A stretch of DNA of 64,000 bases, taken from IMG/VR virus record IMGVR_UViG_3300025840_000011; one strand, given 5' to 3'. Under the pieces are notes generated by a model. The model searched no databases. It saw nothing but the letters and a program-made list of their open reading frames with translations, and had not been told where the DNA came from. The position numbers were made by a program, and so were the translations under genes. This stretch comes from a virus. Every line of letters starts with the position of its first letter. Positions within the stretch are counted from its first letter, which is position 1. This document shows positions 55,781 through 64,000 of the stretch, piece by piece.

Positions 55781-56629
55781 ATGGCACAATACTCAGTAAA
55801 CAGAAACACACATCACAACACATCAAACAGTGACTTACATGAAATCATGTTGTTGGCTGATCAGGACGGCAACATTATCAATACGTTTGGTGTTGCATCG
55901 AATATTCCTATTGCAGGTGGACTCGTTGATGGGTATAGTGCAATACATAAGTTTGGTAGAAATCCAAATGTAGGAAACATACCAGAAACTATTTGGATGC
56001 ACGGAGGACTTTATAGTTATCTTGATGTTGGTTCTGATAGTACAATTTATGCATATAGCGCAAGCTCTGACGATGGTCCTGGCAATCCTGGTGCTCACAC
56101 GATTACTGTTCAAGGTTTAGATAATGATTTCAATCTAATTGAAGAAACGATTACTGTAAATGGTGCAGCTTCTACTGCTTCATTCCTAAGAGTTTATAGA
56201 GCATTTGTTGCGACTGCTGGGGCGTTAAGGGCAAATGATGGTAATGTTCTTATATCCACCGCCGCGGCTGGAGGTGGTACAGTTCTTGCTGATATTGGCG
56301 TTATTGGTACAGGAACAACTACTGGTTTGGGTCAAACTCAACTTGCACTTTATACAATACCAGCTGGAAAAACTGGTTATCTCACTACTTGGAACATCGG
56401 TGTAGCACCAATGAATAATGCTGTCACAGTGACTTTAAAAGCAAGAGAACTAGATGGTGATGCACCATTTAGATCAAAGGATATTGTTGATATCGTAGGT
56501 GGATATACTACTCAGAATTATTCAATTCCCTTGCGTTTTCCAGAAAAAACTGATATTGAAGTGAGAGGAACTGGTGACACTGGTTCAGTTATTTCATCTT
56601 CTTTTGATGTTATACTAGTAGATAACTAA
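55781..56629 (+). CDS. Putative virion structural protein (beta-rich, Gly/Thr/Ala-rich)
   Basis: HKFG.N, GA.TITVQGLD, F.RV.RA.V, YT.PAGKT.Y, EKTDIEVR. Confidence 0.6.
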   Translation: MAQYSVNRNTHHNTSNSDLHEIMLLADQDGNIINTFGVASNIPIAGGLVDGYSAIHKFGRNPNVGNIPETIWMHGGLYSYLDVGSDSTIYAYSASSDDGPGNPGAHTITVQGLDNDFNLIEETITVNGAASTASFLRVYRAFVATAGALRANDGNVLISTAAAGGGTVLADIGVIGTGTTTGLGQTQLALYTIPAGKTGYLTTWNIGVAPMNNAVTVTLKARELDGDAPFRSKDIVDIVGGYTTQNYSIPLRFPEKTDIEVRGTGDTGSVISSSFDVILVDN

Positions 56630-56657
56630 ATGTTATATGCATATAGCCAAACAATCC

Positions 56658-56686
56658 TTTACTTTTGTGTTCAGATATAGTACAAT
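56658..56686 (+). promoter_or_regulatory. Sigma70 promoter TTTACT-17-TACAAT (leaderless geometry)
   Basis: -10 ends 7 nt before ATG 56693. Confidence 0.55.
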
Positions 56687-56692
56687 GCGCGT

Positions 56693-57928
56693 ATGAAATC
56701 GTTTATGACACATCAAATGCTCTCTGAGGCGAAGAACACTCACATGACTCACATCGAGGATAAAGTCCTCTATGGGGGAGTTGAGGGAACTCGTCAGGCG
56801 ATCAACGCACTTCGTTCCCTGCGCGATATGCTTGCTGGCAAACATAAGGGCGATATCTCCGTCAAGTGGGACGGTGCTCCTGCTATCTTCGCAGGCATTG
56901 ATCCTCGGGACGGTAAGTTCTTCGTGGCGAAGAAGGGTATCTTCAACAAAAACCCCAAAGTATACAAGACGAAAGCAGATGTAGACGCTGACACTTCCGG
57001 TGACTTGAATGTAAAACTCAACGCTGCACTTGAGGAACTCCCTGCTCTTGGCATCAAGGGTGTCATACAGGGCGACTTCTTGTTTGGTCCTGGAGATGTA
57101 GCGACCAAGAATATTGGTGGCGATGCTTATGTTACGTTCCACCCCAACACGATCGTGTATGCCTTGCCTACTGGTAGTGCTGCGGCGAAAGAAGTGAAGA
57201 CTGCTCGTATCGGTATTGTATGGCATACAACATACACTGGTGATACGTTTGAAAGTATGCGAGCATCATTCGGCGTCAACGTTGGTGCTCTGAAGAACAG
57301 TCGTAAGGTTTGGAGTCAAGATGCTATGCTTCGTGACGTGACGACTGCTACTTTGACTGCTGCCAAAACTAAAGAAGTGACCGAATACCTTTCAACTGCT
57401 GGTAAAATATTCCAGAAGATTGCTGGCAGCACCCTTCGGCAACTTGAGGCGAACCAAGAACTCGCTCAGTTGATTGAACAGTTTAACAACACGTTCGTCC
57501 GTAAGGGTATGGTGATACAAGACTCGCGGCGACACGTGATTGCACTACAACGTTGGTTGCGCACGAAGTACAAAGCAGAGATGGATAAGCGATCCACGGA
57601 GCGTGGTAAGAAGGCACAAAAAGAAAAACTCAACAAAATTATGGCGTTCTTCTCGAAGCAAAACACCGCATCATTAATCGCTATGTTCGAATTGCAAAAG
57701 AATATTGTATTGGCGAAACTGATCCTTATAAATAAACTCAATGCCCTTGCGAATATAAGCACTTTTGTTAAAACGCGGAAGGGTTACAAGGTAACAGGTC
57801 AAGAAGGATTTGTTGCTATCGACAAACTTGGTGGTGATGCGGTGAAGTTAGTTGATCGTATGGAATTTTCATATAACAACTTTTCACCAGATATATTAAA
57901 AGGATGGGATAAACCTAGTAGGAATTAA
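56693..57928 (+). CDS. Conserved T4-like protein (DUF6267-like) with ligase-type nucleotidyltransferase motifs
   Basis: KNTHMTHIED, VKWDGAPA (KxDG), QGD, EGFV, VKLVDR. Confidence 0.65.
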   Translation: MKSFMTHQMLSEAKNTHMTHIEDKVLYGGVEGTRQAINALRSLRDMLAGKHKGDISVKWDGAPAIFAGIDPRDGKFFVAKKGIFNKNPKVYKTKADVDADTSGDLNVKLNAALEELPALGIKGVIQGDFLFGPGDVATKNIGGDAYVTFHPNTIVYALPTGSAAAKEVKTARIGIVWHTTYTGDTFESMRASFGVNVGALKNSRKVWSQDAMLRDVTTATLTAAKTKEVTEYLSTAGKIFQKIAGSTLRQLEANQELAQLIEQFNNTFVRKGMVIQDSRRHVIALQRWLRTKYKAEMDKRSTERGKKAQKEKLNKIMAFFSKQNTASLIAMFELQKNIVLAKLILINKLNALANISTFVKTRKGYKVTGQEGFVAIDKLGGDAVKLVDRMEFSYNNFSPDILKGWDKPSRN

Positions 57929-57930
57929 AC

Positions 57931-58425
57931 GTGCCTAAACCACTTTCATTTAAAGATTTTCTCGTGGTCGACTATGCTCCAGGAATGGGTGAGTATATCA
58001 ACTATCAAGCGGCCAAACGCAAAAAGCAGCAAGGTGCTGGCAGCAATGCCGAGTATGCTTCTTACCAACCTGAAGGTGAGAAGATAGAAGAAGCACTGAC
58101 TCATGCTCAGCGTATTAAGAAACGTCAGATGATGAAGAAGATGAAGGGACGTATTAAAATTGGAAGACTTCGTGCACTAAAAAGAACTCCAACAATGGAC
58201 GTTATCAAGAGACGTGCAAAGAAGAAAGCGAGATTGCTCATGCTCAAGAAATTGACTAGGGGCAAGTCGAAGCAAGATATGAGTTTCGCTATGCGCCAGT
58301 CATACGAAAAGAAACTTGACAAGATGAAACCTCGCTTAGATCGTATTGCCAGAAGGTTAATCCCCGACGTTAGAAAAGCAGATCGTGAGAGAAAGAAGGC
58401 AGCATCTGCTGCTAAAAATAAATAA
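57931..58425 (+). CDS. Highly basic hypothetical protein
   Basis: K/R-rich after IEEAL; probably nucleic-acid binding. Confidence 0.7.
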   Translation: MPKPLSFKDFLVVDYAPGMGEYINYQAAKRKKQQGAGSNAEYASYQPEGEKIEEALTHAQRIKKRQMMKKMKGRIKIGRLRALKRTPTMDVIKRRAKKKARLLMLKKLTRGKSKQDMSFAMRQSYEKKLDKMKPRLDRIARRLIPDVRKADRERKKAASAAKNK

Positions 58426-58445
58426 TGTAGTCGTAGGGAGACGAC

Positions 58446-59573
58446 ATGATTAAGTCGTTTAATGACTATCTGGTAGAAGAAGCAAAGGTCGCTTATTTTA
58501 CCTTCGGTCGTATGAATCCTCCAACCTCTGGTCATCAGAAGTTGTTAGACATGCTCGCAAAAAATGCGGGCAAAAATCCTTATTTCGTTTTCCTATCTCA
58601 GTCACAAGACGCCAAGAAAAATCCACTCGACTACAGCGCGAAGGTAAAGCATGTTCGTAAGATGTTTCCTCGTCACGCTCGTCGAGTTTTGATCAACAAG
58701 AAAGTCCGCACTGCCTTTGATGCAGCATCATACCTGTATGAGCAAGGTTTTAAAAACTTGGTCATGGTTGTTGGTTCTGACCGTGTTCGAGAGTTTACGA
58801 CATTGCTAGAAAAGTATAATGGTGTGAAGGGTAAGCATGGATTTTACAACTTCAAAAACATCCAAGTAGTTTCTGCTGGAGCACGCGATCCTGACGCCGA
58901 AGGTGTAGAGGGTATGTCTGCTTCTAAACTCCGTGCGTTCGCAGCGGATAATGACTTCGCAGGTTTCTCTCAGGGTCTAGGATCTATGAGTAACAAAGAC
59001 GCGAAGAAGTTGTTTGTTGATGTACGCAACGGTATGGGCATCAAAGAAGAAACTGTGTTCAAACGCCACGTAGAACTTGACCCTGTGTCGGAGACTCGTG
59101 AGAAGTTTGTAAAGGGTGAGTTGTTTGAAGTTGGTGATCAGGTTGTAGTAAAAGAATCTGAAGAAGTTGGCACCATCACTCATCTAGGCAGCAACTATGT
59201 TATCGTCCAACTGGGCGAGGATAAAGTTGTGCGCAAATGGTTAGACGCCATTGAAAAGTTAGATGAATATGTGTCCAGCGCAGAGTTTGTTCCGTCACCC
59301 ACTGGTGGCAAGAAATATGCGACACTCAACATGCGCGAAGAACCTAAAACTCCTCAAGACCCTGACATTAAAGATCGCAAGGGTTCCCAACCAAAAGCAT
59401 ACCATAAAGGTTTAAGCAAGTCGATGAAACGTCGTCGTGATGCTCAATTTAAGAAGCAGACTAAAATGTCAGACTCAGATCCAAAGGCATACAAACCTGC
59501 TCCTGGCGACAAAACAACTAAAACTAAACCGTCAAAATACACGAAAGCGTTTTCTAAGATGTACGGCGACTAA
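58446..59573 (+). CDS. Cytidylyltransferase/NMNAT-PPAT-like nucleotidyltransferase
   Basis: FGRMNPPTSGH, VGSDR, SAG.RDPD...GMSAS. Confidence 0.85.
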   Translation: MIKSFNDYLVEEAKVAYFTFGRMNPPTSGHQKLLDMLAKNAGKNPYFVFLSQSQDAKKNPLDYSAKVKHVRKMFPRHARRVLINKKVRTAFDAASYLYEQGFKNLVMVVGSDRVREFTTLLEKYNGVKGKHGFYNFKNIQVVSAGARDPDAEGVEGMSASKLRAFAADNDFAGFSQGLGSMSNKDAKKLFVDVRNGMGIKEETVFKRHVELDPVSETREKFVKGELFEVGDQVVVKESEEVGTITHLGSNYVIVQLGEDKVVRKWLDAIEKLDEYVSSAEFVPSPTGGKKYATLNMREEPKTPQDPDIKDRKGSQPKAYHKGLSKSMKRRRDAQFKKQTKMSDSDPKAYKPAPGDKTTKTKPSKYTKAFSKMYGD

Positions 59574-59576
59574 ATA
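59569..59576 (+). promoter_or_regulatory. Late-like promoter ACTAAATA upstream of cassette copy 2
   Basis: Same octamer as upstream of copy 1. Confidence 0.45.
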
Positions 59577-59697
59577 TTCGTGGTCTCCGTTATGTGCTTG
59601 ACCTGACGTTCCTGTTTTATTTCCTTTTGTAATTACGAATAATACTATGCAAATCTGATTTGATTTGTTGGACAAAACTACATTAGGAAATGGTAAA

Positions 59698-60303
59698 ATG
59701 GATAAACTGGACGCAAGTCTATGGCGCATTATCTGTGCCGCCATATTAGTAGTAACATTAGCAGTTGTTGCATCAGAGGCGATATCGCAAGATGAAAACC
59801 AACCGCTTGATGATGTTATTAGAACCGAGTCGGTCACTAACAGTACAGTGACTACGAACGGCAACACAACCACAACACTGAAGTCTCCACCTGCTTCAGC
59901 AATCACTCCTACTATAAACACTTCCAACTCCGACCTCTGTACGTTCGGAGTTGCTGGTGCAGTACAAACGCAGATTCTTGGTATCTCTACTGGTACACAG
60001 TTTACTGATGAAAACTGTGAACGTCTCAAGAACGCAAAGACCTTGTACGATATGGGTATGAAAGTTGCAGCAGTATCAATGATGTGTCAGGATGAAAGAG
60101 TGTTTAAGGCAATGATGAATGCTGGAACACCTTGTCCTTATGACGGACTTATTGGTGATCAGGCAAGAGCAGCGTGGTTAGCAGAAGGTAACACAGTAGA
60201 AGAAAACGTAAAACCAGAGGAAGGATTGGATGAAACGGATAAGACTGTCGCAGCTGCTAGTGGCGGCATTGCTAGTTTGCTTGCCCTCTTACTCTTACTC
60301 TGA
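59698..60303 (+). CDS. Cassette 2 gene A (paralogue of 45596)
   Basis: Near-identical core SPPASAITPTINTSNSDLC...GTPCPYDGLIG; ends SGGIASLLALLLLL. Confidence 0.85.
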   Translation: MDKLDASLWRIICAAILVVTLAVVASEAISQDENQPLDDVIRTESVTNSTVTTNGNTTTTLKSPPASAITPTINTSNSDLCTFGVAGAVQTQILGISTGTQFTDENCERLKNAKTLYDMGMKVAAVSMMCQDERVFKAMMNAGTPCPYDGLIGDQARAAWLAEGNTVEENVKPEEGLDETDKTVAAASGGIASLLALLLLL

Positions 60304-61114
60304 GCAAGTATTCGGCACCACAACCAATGCGGCGAGTTCTGGATATAACTGGGTTATGTCCAATGTCTTGCCTCAGGCGACAGGGTTGACTGTCAGTAAT
60401 GTGATATACAGATACACTACAGTGAAAGATCCTGATGATCCTATGTTGGTGCACGTTTCTAACGAAAATCCTATAGACGGTGGATATACATTTAGAAGTA
60501 CTGATGACTGGACTGGAATACCAGGAAATACAATAAACAGAGTTATACCGATATCGCAAATACCTATCGAGTATTGGGGGGATGGAAGTATTGAGTGGGA
60601 AGGCAAAGGGAGAGTTGATGACCCTTTTGTGGTATACACTTATCAATATGACACCTGCTATGATCCACAAGCAGATCCGGATTGCCCAGGATACAAACCC
60701 GAGATACCTGATATACCACCCGTCCCAGATGTTGCTGATCCTCTTAATGACCAGTTTGTACAAGATGAGTTAGATCGCGAAATGATGCTTCGCGATGAAG
60801 ACGAAGAAGAAAAACAAAGAGCAAAACTTGCAGATGCTGAAGAGGAAGAAGAAGACGTAGACCTAGAAACTGTGCTGGGTATAGTTGGGCGTTCGCTACA
60901 AGGCGCAGAGGATACTGCTAAGCACAATCAGGTCATGGCGTTAAGTCAGTTTTCTCAACAATATTTCCAACAGTTGCCTGATGGTGTTATAGAGGACACT
61001 GTTGTGTTAAAAGATTCTAGACTCCCGAGGAATAATCGGGGTCGTAGACTACAGTTTGCGCAAGACTTACTTCATGATAAATTAGTAAAATCTCAATATA
61101 GAGGAGAACAGTAA
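60230..61114 (+). CDS. Cassette 2 gene B (paralogue of 46104)
   Basis: VFGTT.NAA, WVM.NVLPQ.TGLTV, FRS.DDW.G.PG, FAQD.LH. Confidence 0.85.
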   Translation: MKRIRLSQLLVAALLVCLPSYSYSEQVFGTTTNAASSGYNWVMSNVLPQATGLTVSNVIYRYTTVKDPDDPMLVHVSNENPIDGGYTFRSTDDWTGIPGNTINRVIPISQIPIEYWGDGSIEWEGKGRVDDPFVVYTYQYDTCYDPQADPDCPGYKPEIPDIPPVPDVADPLNDQFVQDELDREMMLRDEDEEEKQRAKLADAEEEEEDVDLETVLGIVGRSLQGAEDTAKHNQVMALSQFSQQYFQQLPDGVIEDTVVLKDSRLPRNNRGRRLQFAQDLLHDKLVKSQYRGEQ

Positions 61115-61611
61115 TGTTCAAAAAGACGTTGGCATTGTGTGTATCGCTCGCAGCGATGAATGCATATGCTGTAGACACACCGATCATTGGGCAGGTAGAG
61201 TCTAAGTGTGTGGTGACAACTGATAAGCAGGGTGTTTATGGAAACCCGAGTGCTAGCATTCTCAGTACTGATGCAGCAGACGGTGGAGTAGAACCTGTTG
61301 TGCGATTCGATGTTGTCCTCGCTGAAGCATACAAGGCAGTGATTGCTCATCCGATTTCATTCTCACAAAGTCCACAGTTGAACGACGTTGTCAACTGGAC
61401 TGGATCAACTTCTGTAGAAGCAGTCTCTGACGCTGGTATGTCAGCATACGACACTTCTAAAGTTGAATACGATAATGTGACAGAAGTCGATCTTGATATC
61501 GCTGGCAGCACTTGGTTCAAGGTAAGTTCTGAAGCAGATTACGGTTTTAATAAGGCACTCCCAGGAGGCACTTATACTGCAATCGTAGAAGCGAACTGCA
61601 TAGCACTATAA
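61114..61611 (+). CDS. Cassette 2 gene C, pilin-like (paralogue of 47014)
   Basis: SKCVVTTD..GV.GNP, GGVEP.VR.DV, AGSTWFKVSSEADYG..KALP.G.Y.A.V.A.CIA. Confidence 0.65.
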   Translation: MFKKTLALCVSLAAMNAYAVDTPIIGQVESKCVVTTDKQGVYGNPSASILSTDAADGGVEPVVRFDVVLAEAYKAVIAHPISFSQSPQLNDVVNWTGSTSVEAVSDAGMSAYDTSKVEYDNVTEVDLDIAGSTWFKVSSEADYGFNKALPGGTYTAIVEANCIAL

Positions 61612-61614
61612 ACT

Positions 61615-61989
61615 ATGCGCTTCGTTATGGCGGTAATCGGGTGTCTGCTGTGTGCGCAAGTTTATGCTCACCAGTGGACGCCCACATATCCCAAGGTAAC
61701 TGGTTCATTTGTTCCTGGGATCTATCAAGCAAAGATGTACTTGTGGAATAGTCGAAAGGATGTTTCATATTATACATTTGAAGTGTTTGATGAAGATTTT
61801 CTACCTGTACCATTCGCAACAGCAGATAGGACGGTACAGTTAGATTATTTGAAAAAGAAAGAAGTGGTAATTTATTTTAGAGAGGCAGACTACCTTCGTT
61901 CAGTTTATATTTGTAGTCGGTCTATGATTTTACAGGGGGACGTAAGTAGAACGGTTGTGTCCTCGAGGATATGTTCGAAAATACGATGA
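61615..61989 (+). CDS. Cassette 2 gene D, chaperone-like (paralogue of 47518)
   Basis: HQWTPTYPK, N.R.DV, FAT, VSSRICSK. Confidence 0.6.
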   Translation: MRFVMAVIGCLLCAQVYAHQWTPTYPKVTGSFVPGIYQAKMYLWNSRKDVSYYTFEVFDEDFLPVPFATADRTVQLDYLKKKEVVIYFREADYLRSVYICSRSMILQGDVSRTVVSSRICSKIR

Positions 61990-62468
61990 AAAGATTATTG
62001 TTGTTTTTATTTTTAGTTTCTGGTTCGGCATATGGACAGAGCAACGGGATAAACCTTGCGATACCGCAAAGTCCCCAGTCCTTCCAATCAGATAGAGTTA
62101 GAGCAGGTGACGTCGAATGCTCAGCGGCGATCGGGTCATCTACAAACGTAGAGTTTGGGGTTGTTGGTATATTAAACCAAGAAGATCCAATTTACAACCT
62201 TGCTTCGCAAGATCCATATATGATGAACCGATATAATACAGGTGAGTTCTTGCGAGACATTGGTGTGTATGGGAAGATTACTATCCCTATCGGCGCACCT
62301 AAGCAAAGGTTGAATTGTAATGCGTTATATCAGTTAGAGTTAGAAAAGAAGCGATTGGAAGTTATGAAACTACAGCAGGAAATAGTAAACCTGCGTCAGT
62401 TAAAGTTTGAAGGGTCTGGAATACCGACAGCACCGAACTTGATGGCAGGACCACCAAGAGAGGAATAA
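61986..62468 (+). CDS. Cassette 2 gene E (paralogue of 47892)
   Basis: SPQSFQ.DRVRAGD.ECSAAIGS, EFGVVGILNQ, IPIGAPK. Confidence 0.8.
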   Translation: MKRLLLFLFLVSGSAYGQSNGINLAIPQSPQSFQSDRVRAGDVECSAAIGSSTNVEFGVVGILNQEDPIYNLASQDPYMMNRYNTGEFLRDIGVYGKITIPIGAPKQRLNCNALYQLELEKKRLEVMKLQQEIVNLRQLKFEGSGIPTAPNLMAGPPREE

Positions 62469-62469
62469 A

Positions 62470-62931
62470 ATGATAGAAGTAGCAGCAGCGTTGTCAATGG
62501 CAGGCTCTGCTTTTAAAATGCTAAAAGGGGCAATTGAACAGGGACGTGAAGTACAAGATATGTACGCGCAGTTTGCTCAGTTTTTTGACGCGAAGGAATC
62601 GCTCGCAGAGGCAGATCAACATGCAAAGAATCCATCGATGGTGGGTTCACTTTTTGGTGGCAGCAGTGTTGAAGCGCAGGCACTACAGGTTACTGCTGCT
62701 CGTCATAAAATTAAACAACTAGAAAAAGAGTTGTACGAATATTTGTTGTACACTGGTCAACAACAATTCTACGATGATATGATGAAAGAAAGGCGAGTTA
62801 TTCGTCAGCGTAGAATAGAGGCAGCACAAGCAGCTGCTCGGAAAAAAGCAAACATAATAGACGGCATCGCAATAGTTTTGTTTTTATGTTTTTCTGGTGC
62901 TATGATTGCCGGATTCGTGAGTGTCTTATGA
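62470..62931 (+). CDS. Cassette 2 gene F (paralogue of 48430)
   Basis: SVEAQAL..TAA.HKI; C-terminal TM. Confidence 0.8.
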   Translation: MIEVAAALSMAGSAFKMLKGAIEQGREVQDMYAQFAQFFDAKESLAEADQHAKNPSMVGSLFGGSSVEAQALQVTAARHKIKQLEKELYEYLLYTGQQQFYDDMMKERRVIRQRRIEAAQAAARKKANIIDGIAIVLFLCFSGAMIAGFVSVL

Positions 62932-63062
62932 TAAAGACTGAGATCACACAGAATGGCATCAGATATATTGTATATGATAATAATGATCGTATCGTCGTTA
63001 TTACGTCTGATAGAAAACTCGCTCAAAAATTATGGGAGAAGAAAAGGGATGCGCAGAGGTAA
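62928..63062 (+). CDS. Small hypothetical protein (44 aa) inserted in copy 2
   Basis: ATGA overlap with gene F; YIVYD.N.RIV.IT. Confidence 0.5.
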   Translation: MIKTEITQNGIRYIVYDNNDRIVVITSDRKLAQKLWEKKRDAQR

Positions 63063-63237
63063 GAAAACTGATATAATTGATTATATCGACATTCGTATTT
63101 CACAACTCGCTTCTGATATGCACAAAGCGAAAGACGAATACGACAAGCAATGGTATAATCGTATCATTCAAGAACTCAGTTGGGCAAGGTCGCAAGATCA
63201 CAACTGTTACATGGGAGAAAACAATGGCGGAGTTTGA
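63049..63237 (+). CDS. Small hypothetical protein (62 aa) inserted in copy 2
   Basis: MRRGK...D..WYNRIIQEL.W. Confidence 0.55.
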   Translation: MRRGKKTDIIDYIDIRISQLASDMHKAKDEYDKQWYNRIIQELSWARSQDHNCYMGENNGGV

Positions 63238-63703
63238 ATTCGCTGGCATGACGTTCCGTGGTGGTAAGATAGTGGTGCTGATCACTGCTCTATCTACACT
63301 CGGCGGTGGCGCATGGGGTGCGTTTGAATTTTATAACGACTACCGTAACATGAAAGCACAGATAACAAGTTACGTTGCTCCTGATCTTTCTCATATTGAT
63401 CAAGAGTTGGCAGTACAGAAAGAAACTATGGCATCTGTAGAGGCGAGTTTATCTGCCCTCGCTCTAAAGATTGATGCCTTGAAATCAGATTTGAGTAATG
63501 ACATGGATAAGGTTGAAGCACTTGCTCGTCGCGTAGACGATTCAACTGCAACTACCCAACGCGAATTACGAGATGACGTTTATGAGATTGAGATTCGAGT
63601 AAACGAAAGGATGAGGACTTTGGATAAAGACCTGCGAGATGCGCGCAAAGATCTCGAAGAGAAGATTCAGATTATCCTCGACAATCCACTCAATAATCCG
63701 TAG
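63224..63703 (+). CDS. Cassette 2 gene G (paralogue of 48907)
   Basis: MAEFEFAGMTFRGG...LDNPL; SD ggag. Confidence 0.8.
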   Translation: MAEFEFAGMTFRGGKIVVLITALSTLGGGAWGAFEFYNDYRNMKAQITSYVAPDLSHIDQELAVQKETMASVEASLSALALKIDALKSDLSNDMDKVEALARRVDDSTATTQRELRDDVYEIEIRVNERMRTLDKDLRDARKDLEEKIQIILDNPLNNP

Positions 63704-63711
63704 GAGGGGGC

Positions 63712-64000
63712 ATGGAACCTGAAAAGAAAATAGTACAACTAGAACTTGAAGTTGATACTACCATGGTTGATAGTAGCAAGAATCCATATCAAAACTGGAT
63801 ACACTTGGCACGAGCAGTAGATTCATGGCGAATCTTTCCTCGTTTGTTTTTATCAGTATACATATTCCTACTGTATAAAACGGTGCTCTGGTATATGGAT
63901 CTAGCAGAACCAAGTATGGAGCAGTCTGGTTTAATATCAGTCATCGTAGGTGCAGGTGCAGCGTGGTTTGGTTTGTACGCTGGAACGCACAAAGAAAATA
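63712..64000 (+). CDS. Two-TM membrane protein, holin-like (3'-partial)
   Basis: SD ggagg; DSWRIFPRLF...W.M.L..P...QSGL.S..VGAGAAWFGLY. Confidence 0.6.
   Translation, partial: MEPEKKIVQLELEVDTTMVDSSKNPYQNWIHLARAVDSWRIFPRLFLSVYIFLLYKTVLWYMDLAEPSMEQSGLISVIVGAGAAWFGLYAGTHKEN

Larger units (their letters stand above)
45596..63703 (+). repeat. Diverged duplication of a seven-gene cassette (45596-49386 and 59698-63703)
   Basis: All seven ORFs have paralogues in the same order and orientation. Confidence 0.92.

Noticed and set aside
58446-59573. A defined NAD+ reconstitution pathway
   Set aside because: No Nampt-, Namat- or PRPP-synthetase-like partner is visible, and the substrate of this nucleotidyltransferase cannot be assigned from motifs
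45596-63703. Cassette duplication as a simple assembly repeat or a DGR template/variable pair
   Set aside because: The copies differ extensively at synonymous sites and by indels, changes are not adenine-specific, and no reverse transcriptase is present
1-64000. CRISPR array, IS element, integrase or rRNA
   Set aside because: No regularly spaced repeats, transposase or recombinase motifs, or rRNA-like sequence were seen
1-64000. Stop-codon reassignment
   Set aside because: Core genes are full length under the standard code, and TAA, TAG and TGA all terminate genes

Overview
This is a 64-kb segment of a lytic T4-like myovirus genome (large dsDNA phage, probably infecting a Gram-negative host, given the Kdo and LPS-type genes). 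The left end is the T4 head/tail module (gp17 3' end, gp18-gp23, gp3). The middle is the recombination/replication/transcription core (uvsY, uvsW, gp55, gp47/46, gp45/44/62, regA, gp43, uvsX, gp41, thyX, dCMP deaminase), with tRNA-Arg(TCT) and tRNA-Thr(TGT). Sugar and surface-modifying enzymes are interleaved (KdsA/KdsB, GT25, UDP-Glc dehydrogenase, epimerase, sulfotransferase, cytidylyltransferase, five cupin/2OG-Fe(II) oxygenases). Many near-perfect sigma70 promoters and T4-type late promoters are visible. The most notable observations are: (1) two diverged, syntenic copies of an uncharacterised seven-gene cassette of exported and membrane proteins, including a pilin-like subunit and a chaperone-like protein (45.6-49.4 kb and 59.7-63.7 kb); (2) an inverted three-gene island with a T4 beta-glucosyltransferase homologue, a DUF4338/DruA-like protein and a GIY-YIG-like protein; (3) strong, region-specific depletion of GCT/AGC; (4) a cluster of enzymes carrying T4-like capsid-targeting leaders; (5) Asp-Ser motif enrichment in virion proteins alongside a glycan-synthesis toolkit. 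All family calls come from motif recognition by eye and no database searches were run.
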